Source: an uncultured Planctomycetota bacterium
GTDB taxonomy: Bacteria; Planctomycetota; Planctomycetia; Isosphaerales; Isosphaeraceae
Direction of reading: 5' to 3'
DNA: 64,000 nucleotides
Assembly (NCBI GenBank): GCA_963737655.1
Contig: CAVTTN010000002.1
Coordinates: 96,001-160,000, forward strand
Part shown: in pieces, positions 9,473 through 18,423 of the stretch
Layout of the letters: each line of letters opens with the position of its first letter
How positions within the stretch are numbered: the first letter of the stretch is position 1
The notes under the pieces: model-generated
The model's input: only the letters and a program-made list of their open reading frames with translations
Database searches by the model: none
What the model was told of the DNA's origin: nothing
Position numbers and translations under genes: made by a program

Positions 9473-9727
9473 ATGACGGGATTGATGCCCGCAACCGAGT
9501 TGGTCCTCCTGGGCCTGCTGACCGCCGGCCAGACGGCGACGGTGGAGACGGTCCTGGGCGGTTCGGAGGAGGTCCACCGGCTCCGGGAGATCGGCCTGAC
9601 CGACGGGGCGAGGGTCCAGATGCTCCAGCCGGGCCGGTTGTGCCTGCTGAAGCTGGGGGACCAGAGGCTCGGCGTGCGGTCCGAGGCGTTGAGCACGGTC
9701 CTGGTGAGGACCGAGGCCCGCGCGTGA
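9473..9727 (+). CDS. feoA: Ferrous iron transport protein A
   Basis: 84 aa, RLREIGLTDGARV FeoA-like motif; first gene of the feo operon. Confidence 0.75.
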   Translation: MTGLMPATELVLLGLLTAGQTATVETVLGGSEEVHRLREIGLTDGARVQMLQPGRLCLLKLGDQRLGVRSEALSTVLVRTEARA

Positions 9728-9951
9728 CCCGGCTCTCGGAGCTGAAGGTCGGCGGGTCGGGCCGGGTGGTCCGGGTGGAAGGCTCCGGCGAGGTCAGTTG
9801 TCGTTTGTTGGAAATGGGCCTCACGCCGGGAGTTATGGTCAAGGTTTTGGGGACGGCCCCGTGGGGCGACCCGATCGAGCTGGACGTCCGCAACTACCGC
9901 CTGAGCGTCCGCAAGAGCGAAGCCGCGATGGTCGAGATCGATCCCTCCTGA
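9724..9951 (+). CDS. feoA: Ferrous iron transport protein A (second copy)
   Basis: GTGA overlap with the upstream gene; RLLEMGLTPG, APWGDPI, YRLSVRKSEA. Confidence 0.9.
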   Translation: MTRLSELKVGGSGRVVRVEGSGEVSCRLLEMGLTPGVMVKVLGTAPWGDPIELDVRNYRLSVRKSEAAMVEIDPS

Positions 9952-10004
9952 CTCGCGTTCCCCGCCTCTTCTCTCCTCTCCTCCGCACCGACGAGGCAGC
10001 CCCC

Positions 10005-12206
10005 GTGAGCACGGAGCTAGCCGCCGGCCCCCTCTCGGCCACGATCGCCCTGATCGGCAACCCGAACACGGGCAAATCGACCCTGTTCTCGGCCCTGGCC
10101 GGGGTCCATCAGAAGACGGGCAACTACCCCGGCGTGACCGTCGAGAAGAAGCTCGGCCACACCACCCACCACGGGCGAAAGTGGACGCTGATCGACCTGC
10201 CCGGGACCTACAGCCTCGCGCCCAGGTCGCCCGATGAGATGGTCGCCGTGGACGTCCTCACGGGCAGGCTGCCGGACGTCCCGGCGCTCGACGCGGTCGT
10301 CTGCATCGTCGATGCCAGCAACCTGGAGAGGAATCTCTACCTCGTCAGCCAGGTCCTGGAGATGGGCCGGCCCACGGTCGTCGCCCTGAACATGATCGAC
10401 GTGGCGAAGCTGCGAGGGATCGCGATCGACCGCGAGGTTCTGGCCAAGCGCCTGGGCGTCCCGGTGATCGAAGTCCAGGCGAATCGCCGGCTCGGGCTGG
10501 CCGACCTGAAATCGGCCCTGGCCGACGAGCTGGGCGAGACGGCCCGGGCCCCCGAATCGCCGTTTCCCCCGGCCTTCGTGGCGGAGGTGGATCGCCTGGC
10601 CGAGTCCCTGGGTGCCCTGGACCTCCCCCGATACCTCGTCGAGCGCCTCTTGCTCGACGCCTCGGGCTATCTCGAGGGTCGACTGGCGTCTCGTCTCGTC
10701 GGGATCGACCTCCGGACGACCCTCCAGGAGGCCCGGGCCCGCCTGGCCGAGGCGGGCTTGCCGGTGCCGGCCGTCGAGGCGATGGCCAGGTACGGATGGG
10801 TCGGCAAGGTGCTCGAGGGCGTGGTAACCCGGCCCGATTCCCGGCCGATCACCGGGGCCGACCGGCTCGACCGCGTCCTGACCCATCGGCTCTGGGGCTC
10901 GTTGATCTTCGCGGTGGTCATGCTCGCGATGTTCCAGGCGCTCTTCCGCGGCGCGACGCCCTTGAGCGACCTGATCGGCGACTCGATCGGCCTGGTCGGC
11001 GAGTTCGTCGGCTCCTTCCTGGGCGAAGGGCCGCTCAGGAGCCTCCTGGTCGACGGGGTGATCGGCGGGGTCGGCTCGGTCCTGGTCTTCCTCCCGCAAA
11101 TCTTCTTCCTGTTCTTCTTCATCGCGATCCTGGAAGACTGCGGCTACATGGCCCGGGCCGCGTACCTGATGGACCGGCTGATGGTCCGCCTCGGGCTCAG
11201 CGGGAAGTCCTTCATCCCCCTCCTGTCCTCGTTCGCCTGCGCGATCCCCGGCGTGATGGCGGCCCGGGTGATCGAGAATCGGCGGGACCGCTTGACGACC
11301 ATCCTGATCGCCCCCCTGATGAGCTGCTCGGCGCGGTTGCCCGTCTATACGTTGATGATCGCGGCGTTCATCCCGGACCGGGTCTACGCCCGGGTGATCA
11401 GCCTCCAGGCCCTGACGCTCTTCGCGATGTATGCCCTGGGGATCGTCACGGCGGCGATCGTCGCGTGGATCCTCAAGAGGACGATCTTCCGAGGGCCCAC
11501 GCCCCCGTTCGTGATGGAGCTCCCGCCCTACAAGAGGCCGTCGGCCCGGCTGGTCCTGCATCGGATGGTCAGCCAGGGGGTCGGGTTCGTCCGACGGGCC
11601 GGGACGGTGATCCTCGCGGTCTCGGTGATCGTCTGGGCCGCGTCGTACTTCCCCCACGATCGCCGGGCCGTGGAGGGGCCGTACCGGGCCGAGCTCGATC
11701 GGCTGGAACAGGCACCGTCCGAAGATGCCCCGGCCAAGGAGCGTCTGGCCGAGATCCGCCAGAAGCTCGCCGGGGACTACCAGAGGACCAGCTATCTCGG
11801 CCGGGCCGGCCGCTGGATCGAGCCGGCGGTCCGCCCCCTGGGGTGGGACTGGCGGATCGGCTGCGCGGCCCTCGCCTCGTTCCCGGCCCGGGAGGTCGTC
11901 GTGGCCACCCTGGGCGTCCTCTTCGACGTGGGGTCCGAGGCGGCGAACGACCCGGACGACCACCGCCTCCAGTCGGCCCTGAAGTCGGCCCGATGGGGCG
12001 GCTCCGACCGCCCGGTGTTCAACGTCCCCGTGGCCCTGTCCCTGATGGTCTTCTTCGCCCTGTGCGCCCAGTGCACCTCGACGCTCGCCGTGATCCGCCG
12101 CGAGACCAATAGCTGGTCCTGGCCTGCGTTCACTTTCCTTTATATGACCGTGCTGGCCTATCTCGCGGCGTTCGCCACGTACCAGATCGGCATCCGATTC
12201 GCCTGA
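10005..12206 (+). CDS. feoB: Ferrous iron transport protein B
   Basis: GNPNTGKS, GNYPGVTVEKK, DLPGTYSL, NMID GTPase motifs; FACAIPG, MSCSARLPVY, FVMELPPY membrane domain; GTG start inferred. Confidence 0.95.
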   Translation: MSTELAAGPLSATIALIGNPNTGKSTLFSALAGVHQKTGNYPGVTVEKKLGHTTHHGRKWTLIDLPGTYSLAPRSPDEMVAVDVLTGRLPDVPALDAVVCIVDASNLERNLYLVSQVLEMGRPTVVALNMIDVAKLRGIAIDREVLAKRLGVPVIEVQANRRLGLADLKSALADELGETARAPESPFPPAFVAEVDRLAESLGALDLPRYLVERLLLDASGYLEGRLASRLVGIDLRTTLQEARARLAEAGLPVPAVEAMARYGWVGKVLEGVVTRPDSRPITGADRLDRVLTHRLWGSLIFAVVMLAMFQALFRGATPLSDLIGDSIGLVGEFVGSFLGEGPLRSLLVDGVIGGVGSVLVFLPQIFFLFFFIAILEDCGYMARAAYLMDRLMVRLGLSGKSFIPLLSSFACAIPGVMAARVIENRRDRLTTILIAPLMSCSARLPVYTLMIAAFIPDRVYARVISLQALTLFAMYALGIVTAAIVAWILKRTIFRGPTPPFVMELPPYKRPSARLVLHRMVSQGVGFVRRAGTVILAVSVIVWAASYFPHDRRAVEGPYRAELDRLEQAPSEDAPAKERLAEIRQKLAGDYQRTSYLGRAGRWIEPAVRPLGWDWRIGCAALASFPAREVVVATLGVLFDVGSEAANDPDDHRLQSALKSARWGGSDRPVFNVPVALSLMVFFALCAQCTSTLAVIRRETNSWSWPAFTFLYMTVLAYLAAFATYQIGIRFA

Positions 12207-12230
12207 ATGGTGGAGGAGGAGGGCGGTCCG

Positions 12231-12455
12231 ATGAACGCATTCCTTCAAATGATCGTGACGCTCGCGGCGGTGGCCGTCTCGGCGGGATACCTCGGGCTCC
12301 GGGCCTGGCGGGCCTCCCGGGCGAAGACCGTCTCGGGCTGCGGATCGTGCGCCTCCTGCCCGGTCGGTCCGGCGGCGAAGGGAAGACCGGGACCGGCGAT
12401 CGAGGTGGTTTCGATCGGCCTCGGGCCCGTGAAGAGGCCCGGAATCCCCTCGTGA
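12231..12455 (+). CDS. FeoB-associated Cys-rich small membrane protein
   Basis: One TM helix followed by GCGSCASCP; strong SD GGAGG; directly after feoB. Confidence 0.8.
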   Translation: MNAFLQMIVTLAAVAVSAGYLGLRAWRASRAKTVSGCGSCASCPVGPAAKGRPGPAIEVVSIGLGPVKRPGIPS

Positions 12456-12465
12456 CCCGGCAAAC

Positions 12466-12517
12466 CGCCGTCGGCGCGGCCTTTTTCGTTTGACAGCCGC
12501 GCCGACGGCGATACGAT
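12466..12517 (+). promoter_or_regulatory. 15-bp perfect inverted repeat overlapping a TTGACA-16-TACGAT promoter-like element
   Basis: CGCCGTCGGCGCGGC (12466-12480) / GCCGCGCCGACGGCG (12496-12510); TTGACA 12490-12495; TACGAT 12512-12517. Confidence 0.55.
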
Positions 12518-12728
12518 AGGAGCACAGCCCTCCCGCGTCGTCCCTGTCGAGACGCCATTGCCTCGGTCGGTGCCGATCTGTCGGCCCCTCCGCATCGAGG
12601 TCTCTCCCCCGTGCTCGACGCGATCCTCCATCCCTCCGCGATCGTTCGTGTCGCGACGCCCCTTGGCGCGTCGGGGAAGAGGCTCTGCGCGGTCCCCGAT
12701 GGTCCGGGGCCCTGGGAGACTCGCGGCC

Positions 12729-13013
12729 ATGACGGACTTCTCGCCGCTCTGGGCCTTCTTCGGCCTGTTCGCCGGGCCATGGAAGCTCGCGGCGGTCGCC
12801 GCCGTGATCGCCCTGTTCTACGGCCCGAGATTGCGGTCCCTGGCCGGGCGATTCGCCCGGGGCGAGCCGCCGCCTCGGCCCGAGGCCCGATCGCCGGCCC
12901 GTCGGGCCCTCGGCGATCGCCTCTTCCTGCTCCTGCTCGTGATGGCGGCCTCGGCCGTGGCCACGTGGATCGTCGTGAAGATGACCATCTCGGCCGGGCC
13001 CTCCCCTCGATAG
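12729..13013 (+). CDS. Small membrane protein with TatA-like N-terminus and a second C-terminal TM helix
   Basis: GPWKLAAVAAVIALFYGPRL resembles the TatA TM/hinge; C-terminal hydrophobic LFLLLLVMAASAVATWIVV. Confidence 0.55.
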   Translation: MTDFSPLWAFFGLFAGPWKLAAVAAVIALFYGPRLRSLAGRFARGEPPPRPEARSPARRALGDRLFLLLLVMAASAVATWIVVKMTISAGPSPR

Positions 13014-13053
13014 ACCGAGCAATCCCCACGCACCCCAGACCAGGAGTTCGACC

Positions 13054-13275
13054 ATGCTGCCTTTGATCGCCTTCGGGTTGCCCCAGGGCGGAGAGCTGAT
13101 CGTCATCGGCCTCGTCGCCCTGCTGATCTTCGGCAACCGCCTCCCCGGCGTCATGAGGTCGCTCGGCAAGAGCGTGACCGAGTTCAAGAAGGGGGTCGCC
13201 GGGATCGAGGAAGAGATCGACCAGGCCGTGACCGCCGACAAGAAGACGACCGCCCCGAAGACCAACGCCGACTGA
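13054..13275 (+). CDS. tatA: Twin-arginine translocase TatA/TatE family subunit
   Basis: ELIVIGLVALLIFGNRLPGVMRSLGKSVTEFKKG; SD AGGAG. Confidence 0.92.
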   Translation: MLPLIAFGLPQGGELIVIGLVALLIFGNRLPGVMRSLGKSVTEFKKGVAGIEEEIDQAVTADKKTTAPKTNAD

Positions 13276-13327
13276 CCCCGTCGAGGCCGTCCCCCGAACA
13301 CATTCCCGATCGTCACCGGAGACCGCC

Positions 13328-13621
13328 ATGCTGCCCAACCTCCAGCCGGGAGAGATGCTGGTCATCCTCCTGGTCGGCGTCCTCCTGTTCGGCAAGAAGC
13401 TCCCCGAGGTCGGCCGATCGCTGGGCAAGGGGATCGTCGAGTTCAAGAAGGGACTCCGGGGGTTCGACGACGACCACGAGGCCGAAACCGCCTCGAAATC
13501 GTCCTACCGGAGCGACTCGACCCCCACCGACGAGGCCGGGATGGTCTCGATCCCCAAGTTCGAGCCGCCCACCTCCGCGCCCACGCTCCAAACCGGGACC
13601 GAATCGCCGGTCCAGGGATGA
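13328..13621 (+). CDS. tatA: Twin-arginine translocase TatA/TatE(B) family subunit
   Basis: EMLVILLVGVLLFGKKLPEVGRSLGKGIVEFKKG. Confidence 0.88.
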   Translation: MLPNLQPGEMLVILLVGVLLFGKKLPEVGRSLGKGIVEFKKGLRGFDDDHEAETASKSSYRSDSTPTDEAGMVSIPKFEPPTSAPTLQTGTESPVQG

Positions 13622-13695
13622 CTTGAAGAGACGAACCATCGCGGATAGGATCTCTCATCGCGGAGGGCGGGCCGGCTCGTGGCTCCCCTCCGATC

Positions 13696-13768
13696 GGGCG
13701 GCTAACTCAGCGGTTAGAGTGCCATCCTCACACGGTGGAAGTCGCAGGTTCGAATCCTGCGCCGCCCA
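13696..13768 (+). tRNA. tRNA-Val (CAC)
   Basis: Acceptor GGGCGGC/GCCGCCC-A, anticodon arm CCATC-CTCACAC-GGTGG, T-loop GGTTCGAATCC; CCA not encoded. Confidence 0.95.
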
Positions 13769-13823
13769 TGCGATCACGTCGGCCCTGGATGGGCTTGGAT
13801 CCCATCCCTCCCGGAGGTGGGCC

Positions 13824-14156
13824 GTGGCCATCCCGGATCATTCCTCACGAGAGGACGTGGAACGGCTCCCGGGGCCGGTGCTCCTGGAGTTTGGCGCGAG
13901 CTGGTGCGGCCATTGTCGCGCCCTGGCCCCTCGATTGGCGGAGCTTCTCCGATCCCGTCCCGACGTCCTCCATGTGAAGGTGGAGGATGGTCCGGGGAGG
14001 TCGTTGGGTCGTTCCTTCGGAGTGAAGCTCTGGCCGACCCTGGTCTTCCTCCGCGATGGCCGGGTCGTGAATCAGGTGGCCCGGCCGGGGATGGACGCGG
14101 TTCGCGACGGCCTGGCGAGGATCGCTGGAGATGACGAATCCCCGTCCGGGGCCTGA
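13824..14156 (+). CDS. Thioredoxin family protein
   Basis: EFGASWCGHC, FGVKLWPTLVF; GTG start after GGAGG. Confidence 0.85.
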   Translation: MAIPDHSSREDVERLPGPVLLEFGASWCGHCRALAPRLAELLRSRPDVLHVKVEDGPGRSLGRSFGVKLWPTLVFLRDGRVVNQVARPGMDAVRDGLARIAGDDESPSGA

Positions 14157-14208
14157 GCGGCACCGGCCGGGGATGCGTTGCGTTCGGACGAGTCGGAAAG
14201 CTTGCGGC

Positions 14209-15573
14209 TCAGAATTCGCGGTCCCGGAGGATTCCCGGGGCCGGGAGCGGGTACTTGCCATCGGGGTTCTTCTGGAGCGGGGCGGGGGAGTCCATGGTGA
14301 GCTGGGCGACCATCGGGGCGAACTCGTGGTCGCTGCTGAGCATCTCCTCGAACGTGACGACCTGGCCGGTGTGGGCGGACATCCGGCCCATCGCGGTGAC
14401 GAGGCTGGCCTCGGCGCCTCGGCGGACCTCGTTATACGGCCGGTCGTTGCGGATGGCGTCGATCAGGTGGTCCCATTCGAGCTGGTAGGGGTTCGGCTCG
14501 GGCTGGGCGGCGGCCCAGGTGATGTCCTTCTTGACGAACTTCTGGCCCTTGTAGATCTTGGCGCGGGACGGCGCGTGCGACGAGGTCGAGATGATCGCCG
14601 AGCCCTTGGAGCCGTGGGCGTAGCTGGCGAACTCGTTGTGGCAGCCGACGATGTTCCGGCCTTCGAGGAAGAGCTTGCTGCCGTCGTCGAAGGTGTACTC
14701 GACCGAGTAGGTGTCGAAGTTCTGGTCGATGTTGTCGCCGCGATAGGTCCGCGCCCCGGTGCCGACGGCCTTGACGGGCCAGGCGTCCTTCATCCAGCAG
14801 CATTCGTCGATGTTGTGGATCAGGAAGTCGCTGAAGCAGCCGCCCGAGGCCCAGAGGAAGGCGTGGAACCGCTTGATCTGGTACATCAGCTCGCTGATGT
14901 CGTCGGGCTTCGGGCCGGTGAAGGCCGAGCCGACCGGGCCGGTCTGGCGGTAGGCCCGCAGGGCGATGATGTCGCCGATCTCGCCGTCCTTGATCCGGCG
15001 GTGGAGCTCATTCCGGGCGTCGCAGTGGCGGCACATCAGGCCGACGCCGACCTTCAGGTTCTTCTTGACCGACTCCTCGCCCAGCGCCATCATCTTGCGG
15101 GTGGAGGGGCCGTCGACGGTGACGGGCTTCTCCATGAACACGTTCAAATTTTTCTCGATGGCCCGGGTGAACTGGACCCATCGGAAGGCCGGGGGGGTGG
15201 CCATGATGACCACGTCGCCCGGGGAGAGGCAGTCCATCGCCTTCTGGTAGGCGTCGAACCCGATGAACTTGCGGTCCTCGGGGACGTCCATCTTGTCGGC
15301 GAAGTCTTTCTTGAGGGCGTCGTGGCTGCTGGCCAGGCGATCGGGGAAGACGTCGGCCATGGCCACGAGCTTGATCGGCCCGTTCTTGACCGACAGGGCG
15401 TTCTCGGCGGCGCCGGTGCCTCGCCCTCCGCAGCCGACCAGGGCGACCTTGATCGTGTTGTCCTCTCCGGCGTGGACGAGGGGGACGGACATGCCGGCCA
15501 GGGTCGTGGCGGCGGCGACCCGGCCGGTGTCTCGGAGGAAATCGCGGCGAGATCCACCCTTGGGTTCGGTCAC
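14209..15573 (-). CDS. Gfo/Idh/MocA family oxidoreductase with Tat signal
   Basis: SRRDFL Tat motif, LVGCGGRGTGA, ATPP, MEKPV; GTG start inferred. Confidence 0.9.
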   Translation of the reverse strand: MTEPKGGSRRDFLRDTGRVAAATTLAGMSVPLVHAGEDNTIKVALVGCGGRGTGAAENALSVKNGPIKLVAMADVFPDRLASSHDALKKDFADKMDVPEDRKFIGFDAYQKAMDCLSPGDVVIMATPPAFRWVQFTRAIEKNLNVFMEKPVTVDGPSTRKMMALGEESVKKNLKVGVGLMCRHCDARNELHRRIKDGEIGDIIALRAYRQTGPVGSAFTGPKPDDISELMYQIKRFHAFLWASGGCFSDFLIHNIDECCWMKDAWPVKAVGTGARTYRGDNIDQNFDTYSVEYTFDDGSKLFLEGRNIVGCHNEFASYAHGSKGSAIISTSSHAPSRAKIYKGQKFVKKDITWAAAQPEPNPYQLEWDHLIDAIRNDRPYNEVRRGAEASLVTAMGRMSAHTGQVVTFEEMLSSDHEFAPMVAQLTMDSPAPLQKNPDGKYPLPAPGILRDREF

Positions 15574-15936
15574 GGAGGGGCTCCTTCGGCGGAGGGTCGA
15601 GAGGCGGCGGGATGGTCGGGAGGGATCGATCCGCGTCGGTCGCCGAGGGCGCCTTCGAGAGGCAGGGACCGCCGGGAGGGCCGGGGTTGCGGAGGGGGTC
15701 GTTCCGATCCCCACCTCCAGCCTATCAGACGGATCGGCGACTGCAAGCGGGCTCTCCGGGCGACCCCCGGGCCCCTTCCTCCTCCTCGGCGGCGGAGCCC
15801 GTGCCCCCGTCCCGCGGCACGAGGACGGAGAAACGGCCCTGGCTCGGGAGCGTGAGGCCCCGGCGATCCGCGCCATCCCGGGGCGAGACTCGAAGTCGAG
15901 TGAAATTTGCTCTGTCGCAAGCCTTTTCGATGTATC

Positions 15937-16018
15937 GAAAGGAGTAGGTCCGACTTCAGTCGGGCCTGTAAAAATCCCTTTTTTCGAAGGCCCGACTGAA
16001 GTCGGACCTACTCCTTTC
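15937..16018. repeat. GTAG-type REP doublet (REPIN-like), second sequence class
   Basis: Perfect 31-bp arms GAAAGGAGTAGGTCCGACTTCAGTCGGGCCT (15937-15967) and reverse complement (15988-16018), 20-nt AT-rich loop. Confidence 0.9.
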
Positions 16019-16112
16019 CTCATTCTCAACAGGGTTTTCTACGGAGCAAGCCAGACGGAATTGCGCTTCTGGAGTCGATCGCGAGGGGACGACGCCATCG
16101 AGGCGCGCCGGC

Positions 16113-16379
16113 TCAAGGCGATCCATCGGGCGACGCGAATTGCGCCCGGTTCAGGGTCCGGTCTCCCGGATCGTCGGTCGGGTTTCGATCCCGATGGGCC
16201 AGGTCGGCTCCGGGGAACGGCGGCGGGACCATCACGCCCCGGGGGACTTTTCTCGGATCGGGGCCCTGGGTCGCGGCTCGGTCCGGCTCCCGACGGACCG
16301 GACCGGACCGGCATCCGGCGCCGATCAGGACGGCGATCGGGATCGTGAATGTGAAGATGGTCCCGAGTCGCCGGTTCAT
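16113..16379 (-). CDS. Small putative lipoprotein (hypothetical)
   Basis: MNRRLG + hydrophobic stretch + IGAG-C lipobox-like motif; AAGGGG upstream. Confidence 0.5.
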   Translation of the reverse strand: MNRRLGTIFTFTIPIAVLIGAGCRSGPVRREPDRAATQGPDPRKVPRGVMVPPPFPGADLAHRDRNPTDDPGDRTLNRAQFASPDGSP

Positions 16380-16450
16380 GGTCGCCGATCCCCTTGCGAT
16401 GGGTTCGATCGGAGGGGATATCGACCGGGTGGCGAGCGATCTGGACGCGC

Positions 16451-16481
16451 AAAGAAAAACCCCGGGCCGGTGCCCGGGGTT
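16451..16481 (-). terminator. Rho-independent terminator after tRNA-Asn
   Basis: AACCCCGGGC-ACCG-GCCCGGGGTT followed by TTTCTTT on the - strand. Confidence 0.8.
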
Positions 16482-16485
16482 GGAA

Positions 16486-16558
16486 CTCCCCGACAAGGAC
16501 TCGAACCTTGAACCTAGCGATTAACAGTCGCTCGCTCTACCGATTGAGCTATCGGGGA
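16486..16558 (-). tRNA. tRNA-Asn (GTT)
   Basis: TCCCCGA...TCGGGGA-G acceptor, AGCGA-CTGTTAA-TCGCT anticodon arm, GGTTCGAGTCC. Confidence 0.95.
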
Positions 16559-16659
16559 ATCGGTCCCAGGAGCTTACCGGACGAAGCCGGCCGGCTCAAG
16601 GGCAATTCCCTGAGGAAGAGGAGACCGAGGGATCGGGGCTGGGGACAACGGGCGAGGGT

Positions 16660-16821
16660 CTACTCTTTGGCAGGGGCCTTTTCGTGCTGCTCGATGGCCT
16701 TCTCCAGGATTCCAACGATCAGGGCGTTCAGCGAGGCCTTGTCTTCCTTGGCCCAGCTCGCCAGTTGCTCGTGGAGTGCTGGCGGCATGCGAATCTGGAA
16801 GTGGACCACGGTCTCGGGCAT
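16660..16821 (-). CDS. Arc-like ribbon-helix-helix DNA-binding protein (53 aa; absent from the ORF track)
   Basis: Own translation: MPETVVHFQIRMPPALHEQLASWAKEDKASLNALIVGILEKAIEQHEKAPAKE; SD GAGGT; F-x-I-R-M-P strand, then helix, then SLN helix. Confidence 0.8.
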   Translation of the reverse strand: MPETVVHFQIRMPPALHEQLASWAKEDKASLNALIVGILEKAIEQHEKAPAKE

Positions 16822-17109
16822 GGAAGCACCTCGTCAAGTCTCACTCGGGGACGGGCGGACGCCACGGGGAGGCGGCCTGTCCGTCTTCCGGGCCCCGGTA
16901 CGTTCGCCAGGCGGGCATGCATTGAGATTGTAACCTGAAAATCGGGCGGACGCTTCCCATTTTTCTTTGAAGCGGCGCGACCACCCGGTCGGAGGCTTGT
17001 TCGCGACCCGAAGGTCGAATAAAACTAGGGACACCGACGGGTCGATCGGCGTCGCCGGCGCGCCGAGGGCCGCGGACCCAGCCCCTCTCCCGATCGGCGA
17101 TTGGCACTC

Positions 17110-17685
17110 ATGGACCCCAGGTCGTTTCCTCCGGGCGAGGCGCCCCCGCCGGACCGACAGCCCGGAGAACCGGCGAAGGACGAGATCGTCCGCCAGTTCG
17201 TCGAGCACTGGGGCCTCATGGCCCGCTCCTGGGGCATCAATGCCACCATGGGGGAACTCTTCGCCCTGCTGTACATCACCGGCACGGACTGGACGGCCGA
17301 CGACCTCCGGAAGGAGCTGGACATCTCCCGGGGCAACGTCAGCATGAACCTCCGGGAGCTGATGGCGTGGGGCGTCGTCCACCGGGTCCATCGGACCGGA
17401 GAACGCCGGGAGTTCTACCGGGCCGAGGCCGACGTCTGGACCCTGTTCCGCCGCATCCTGGGCGAGAGGAAGCGTCGGGAGCTCGACCCGACCCTCGTGG
17501 TCCTGGACCGGGCCGCCACGCGGTCCCAGGCCGATCCGACCCTGGCCCCGCTCCATGCCCGGGTCGTGGCGCTCCAGAGGTTCTTCGGCCTGATCAATTC
17601 GCTGGCGACCCGGCTCGGAACCCTCGAACCGGGCGATCTCGCCGAGATGACCGCATTCCTCGAAGCCGAGGACGGCCGGGCCTGA
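17110..17685 (+). CDS. GbsR/MarR family transcriptional regulator
   Basis: FVEHWGLMARSWGINATMGELFALLY, ISRGNVSMNLREL, ERREFY. Confidence 0.85.
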   Translation: MDPRSFPPGEAPPPDRQPGEPAKDEIVRQFVEHWGLMARSWGINATMGELFALLYITGTDWTADDLRKELDISRGNVSMNLRELMAWGVVHRVHRTGERREFYRAEADVWTLFRRILGERKRRELDPTLVVLDRAATRSQADPTLAPLHARVVALQRFFGLINSLATRLGTLEPGDLAEMTAFLEAEDGRA

Positions 17686-17712
17686 TCGTTCGCCAGGCCC
17701 GGCCGACCCGAG

Positions 17713-18423
17713 TTAGCGACCCGGAGGGGCGCCGGGAGGTCCGCCCTCGGGCGGGCCGCCTCCGGGCGGGGGGCCTCCCGGACCTCCCGGGGGCGGGCCG
17801 CCCGGGCCACCGAACCCTCCCGGGCCCGGCGGGCCTCCCATGCCCGGTCCTCCCGGTCGAGGACCGCCCATCCCGGGACCGCCCATCCTCGGCCCCATGA
17901 TTCGATGCTCCTTGTGGCAGGCGGCGCAGGAGTTGGCAAGCTGGCCGTGGGCCGTCCTGGCGGCGGCGGTGTCCTTGGCCTGGGCGGCGGTGTCCAGCTC
18001 GCCCGCCGCCAGGGCGAAGGCTTCGGTCAATTTCGCCCAGGATTCCTTGGAACCCTTGGGCGGATCAAGCTTTCCGAGCTCGGCCGAGAGCGAGGCGTAT
18101 TGCTTGGCCTCGGGCTGGATCGCCGACCAGTCGGGCATGTCGGCCTTCAGGGCCTCGCCGATCTTGGGCGTCAGGGAGTTCGGCCCCTTGGCCAGGACGG
18201 TCATGATCCTCTTGATTTCTCGGGAGCCCGGGCCCGCCGGTTCGCCCGGACCACCCGGGCCGCCGGGGCCGCCGGGGCCGGAATTCGTGGGCGGGGGCTG
18301 GCTTGTGGACGTCACGGGGCTGGCCGACGGTCCGCTCGGTTCCTCCCCACATCCACCCAGGACTCCGAGGGCGACGGCGACGAGCCCAGGACCCAGGGCG
18401 ATGACAGTGCGAGATCTCGACAT
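17713..18423 (-). CDS. Cytochrome c'-like (four-helix bundle) lipoprotein with Gly/Pro-rich tail
   Basis: LGG-C lipobox; C-terminal heme motif CAACH after helical segments; low-complexity GP tail. Confidence 0.75.
   Translation of the reverse strand: MSRSRTVIALGPGLVAVALGVLGGCGEEPSGPSASPVTSTSQPPPTNSGPGGPGGPGGPGEPAGPGSREIKRIMTVLAKGPNSLTPKIGEALKADMPDWSAIQPEAKQYASLSAELGKLDPPKGSKESWAKLTEAFALAAGELDTAAQAKDTAAARTAHGQLANSCAACHKEHRIMGPRMGGPGMGGPRPGGPGMGGPPGPGGFGGPGGPPPGGPGGPPPGGGPPEGGPPGAPPGR

Noticed and set aside
10017..13316. 1099-aa - strand ORF (and similar ones at 23662-26601, 56002-59283)
   Set aside because: Antisense to feoB/tatA, cheA and moa genes; stop-poor shadow frames.
13696..16558. 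Possible genomic island between tRNA-Val and tRNA-Asn
   Set aside because: No integrase, no duplicated tRNA 3' end seen, and the gene content is ordinary.
17716..17900. GC-rich short repeats resembling an array
   Set aside because: They encode the Gly/Pro tail of the cytochrome; no constant repeat-spacer structure, so not CRISPR.
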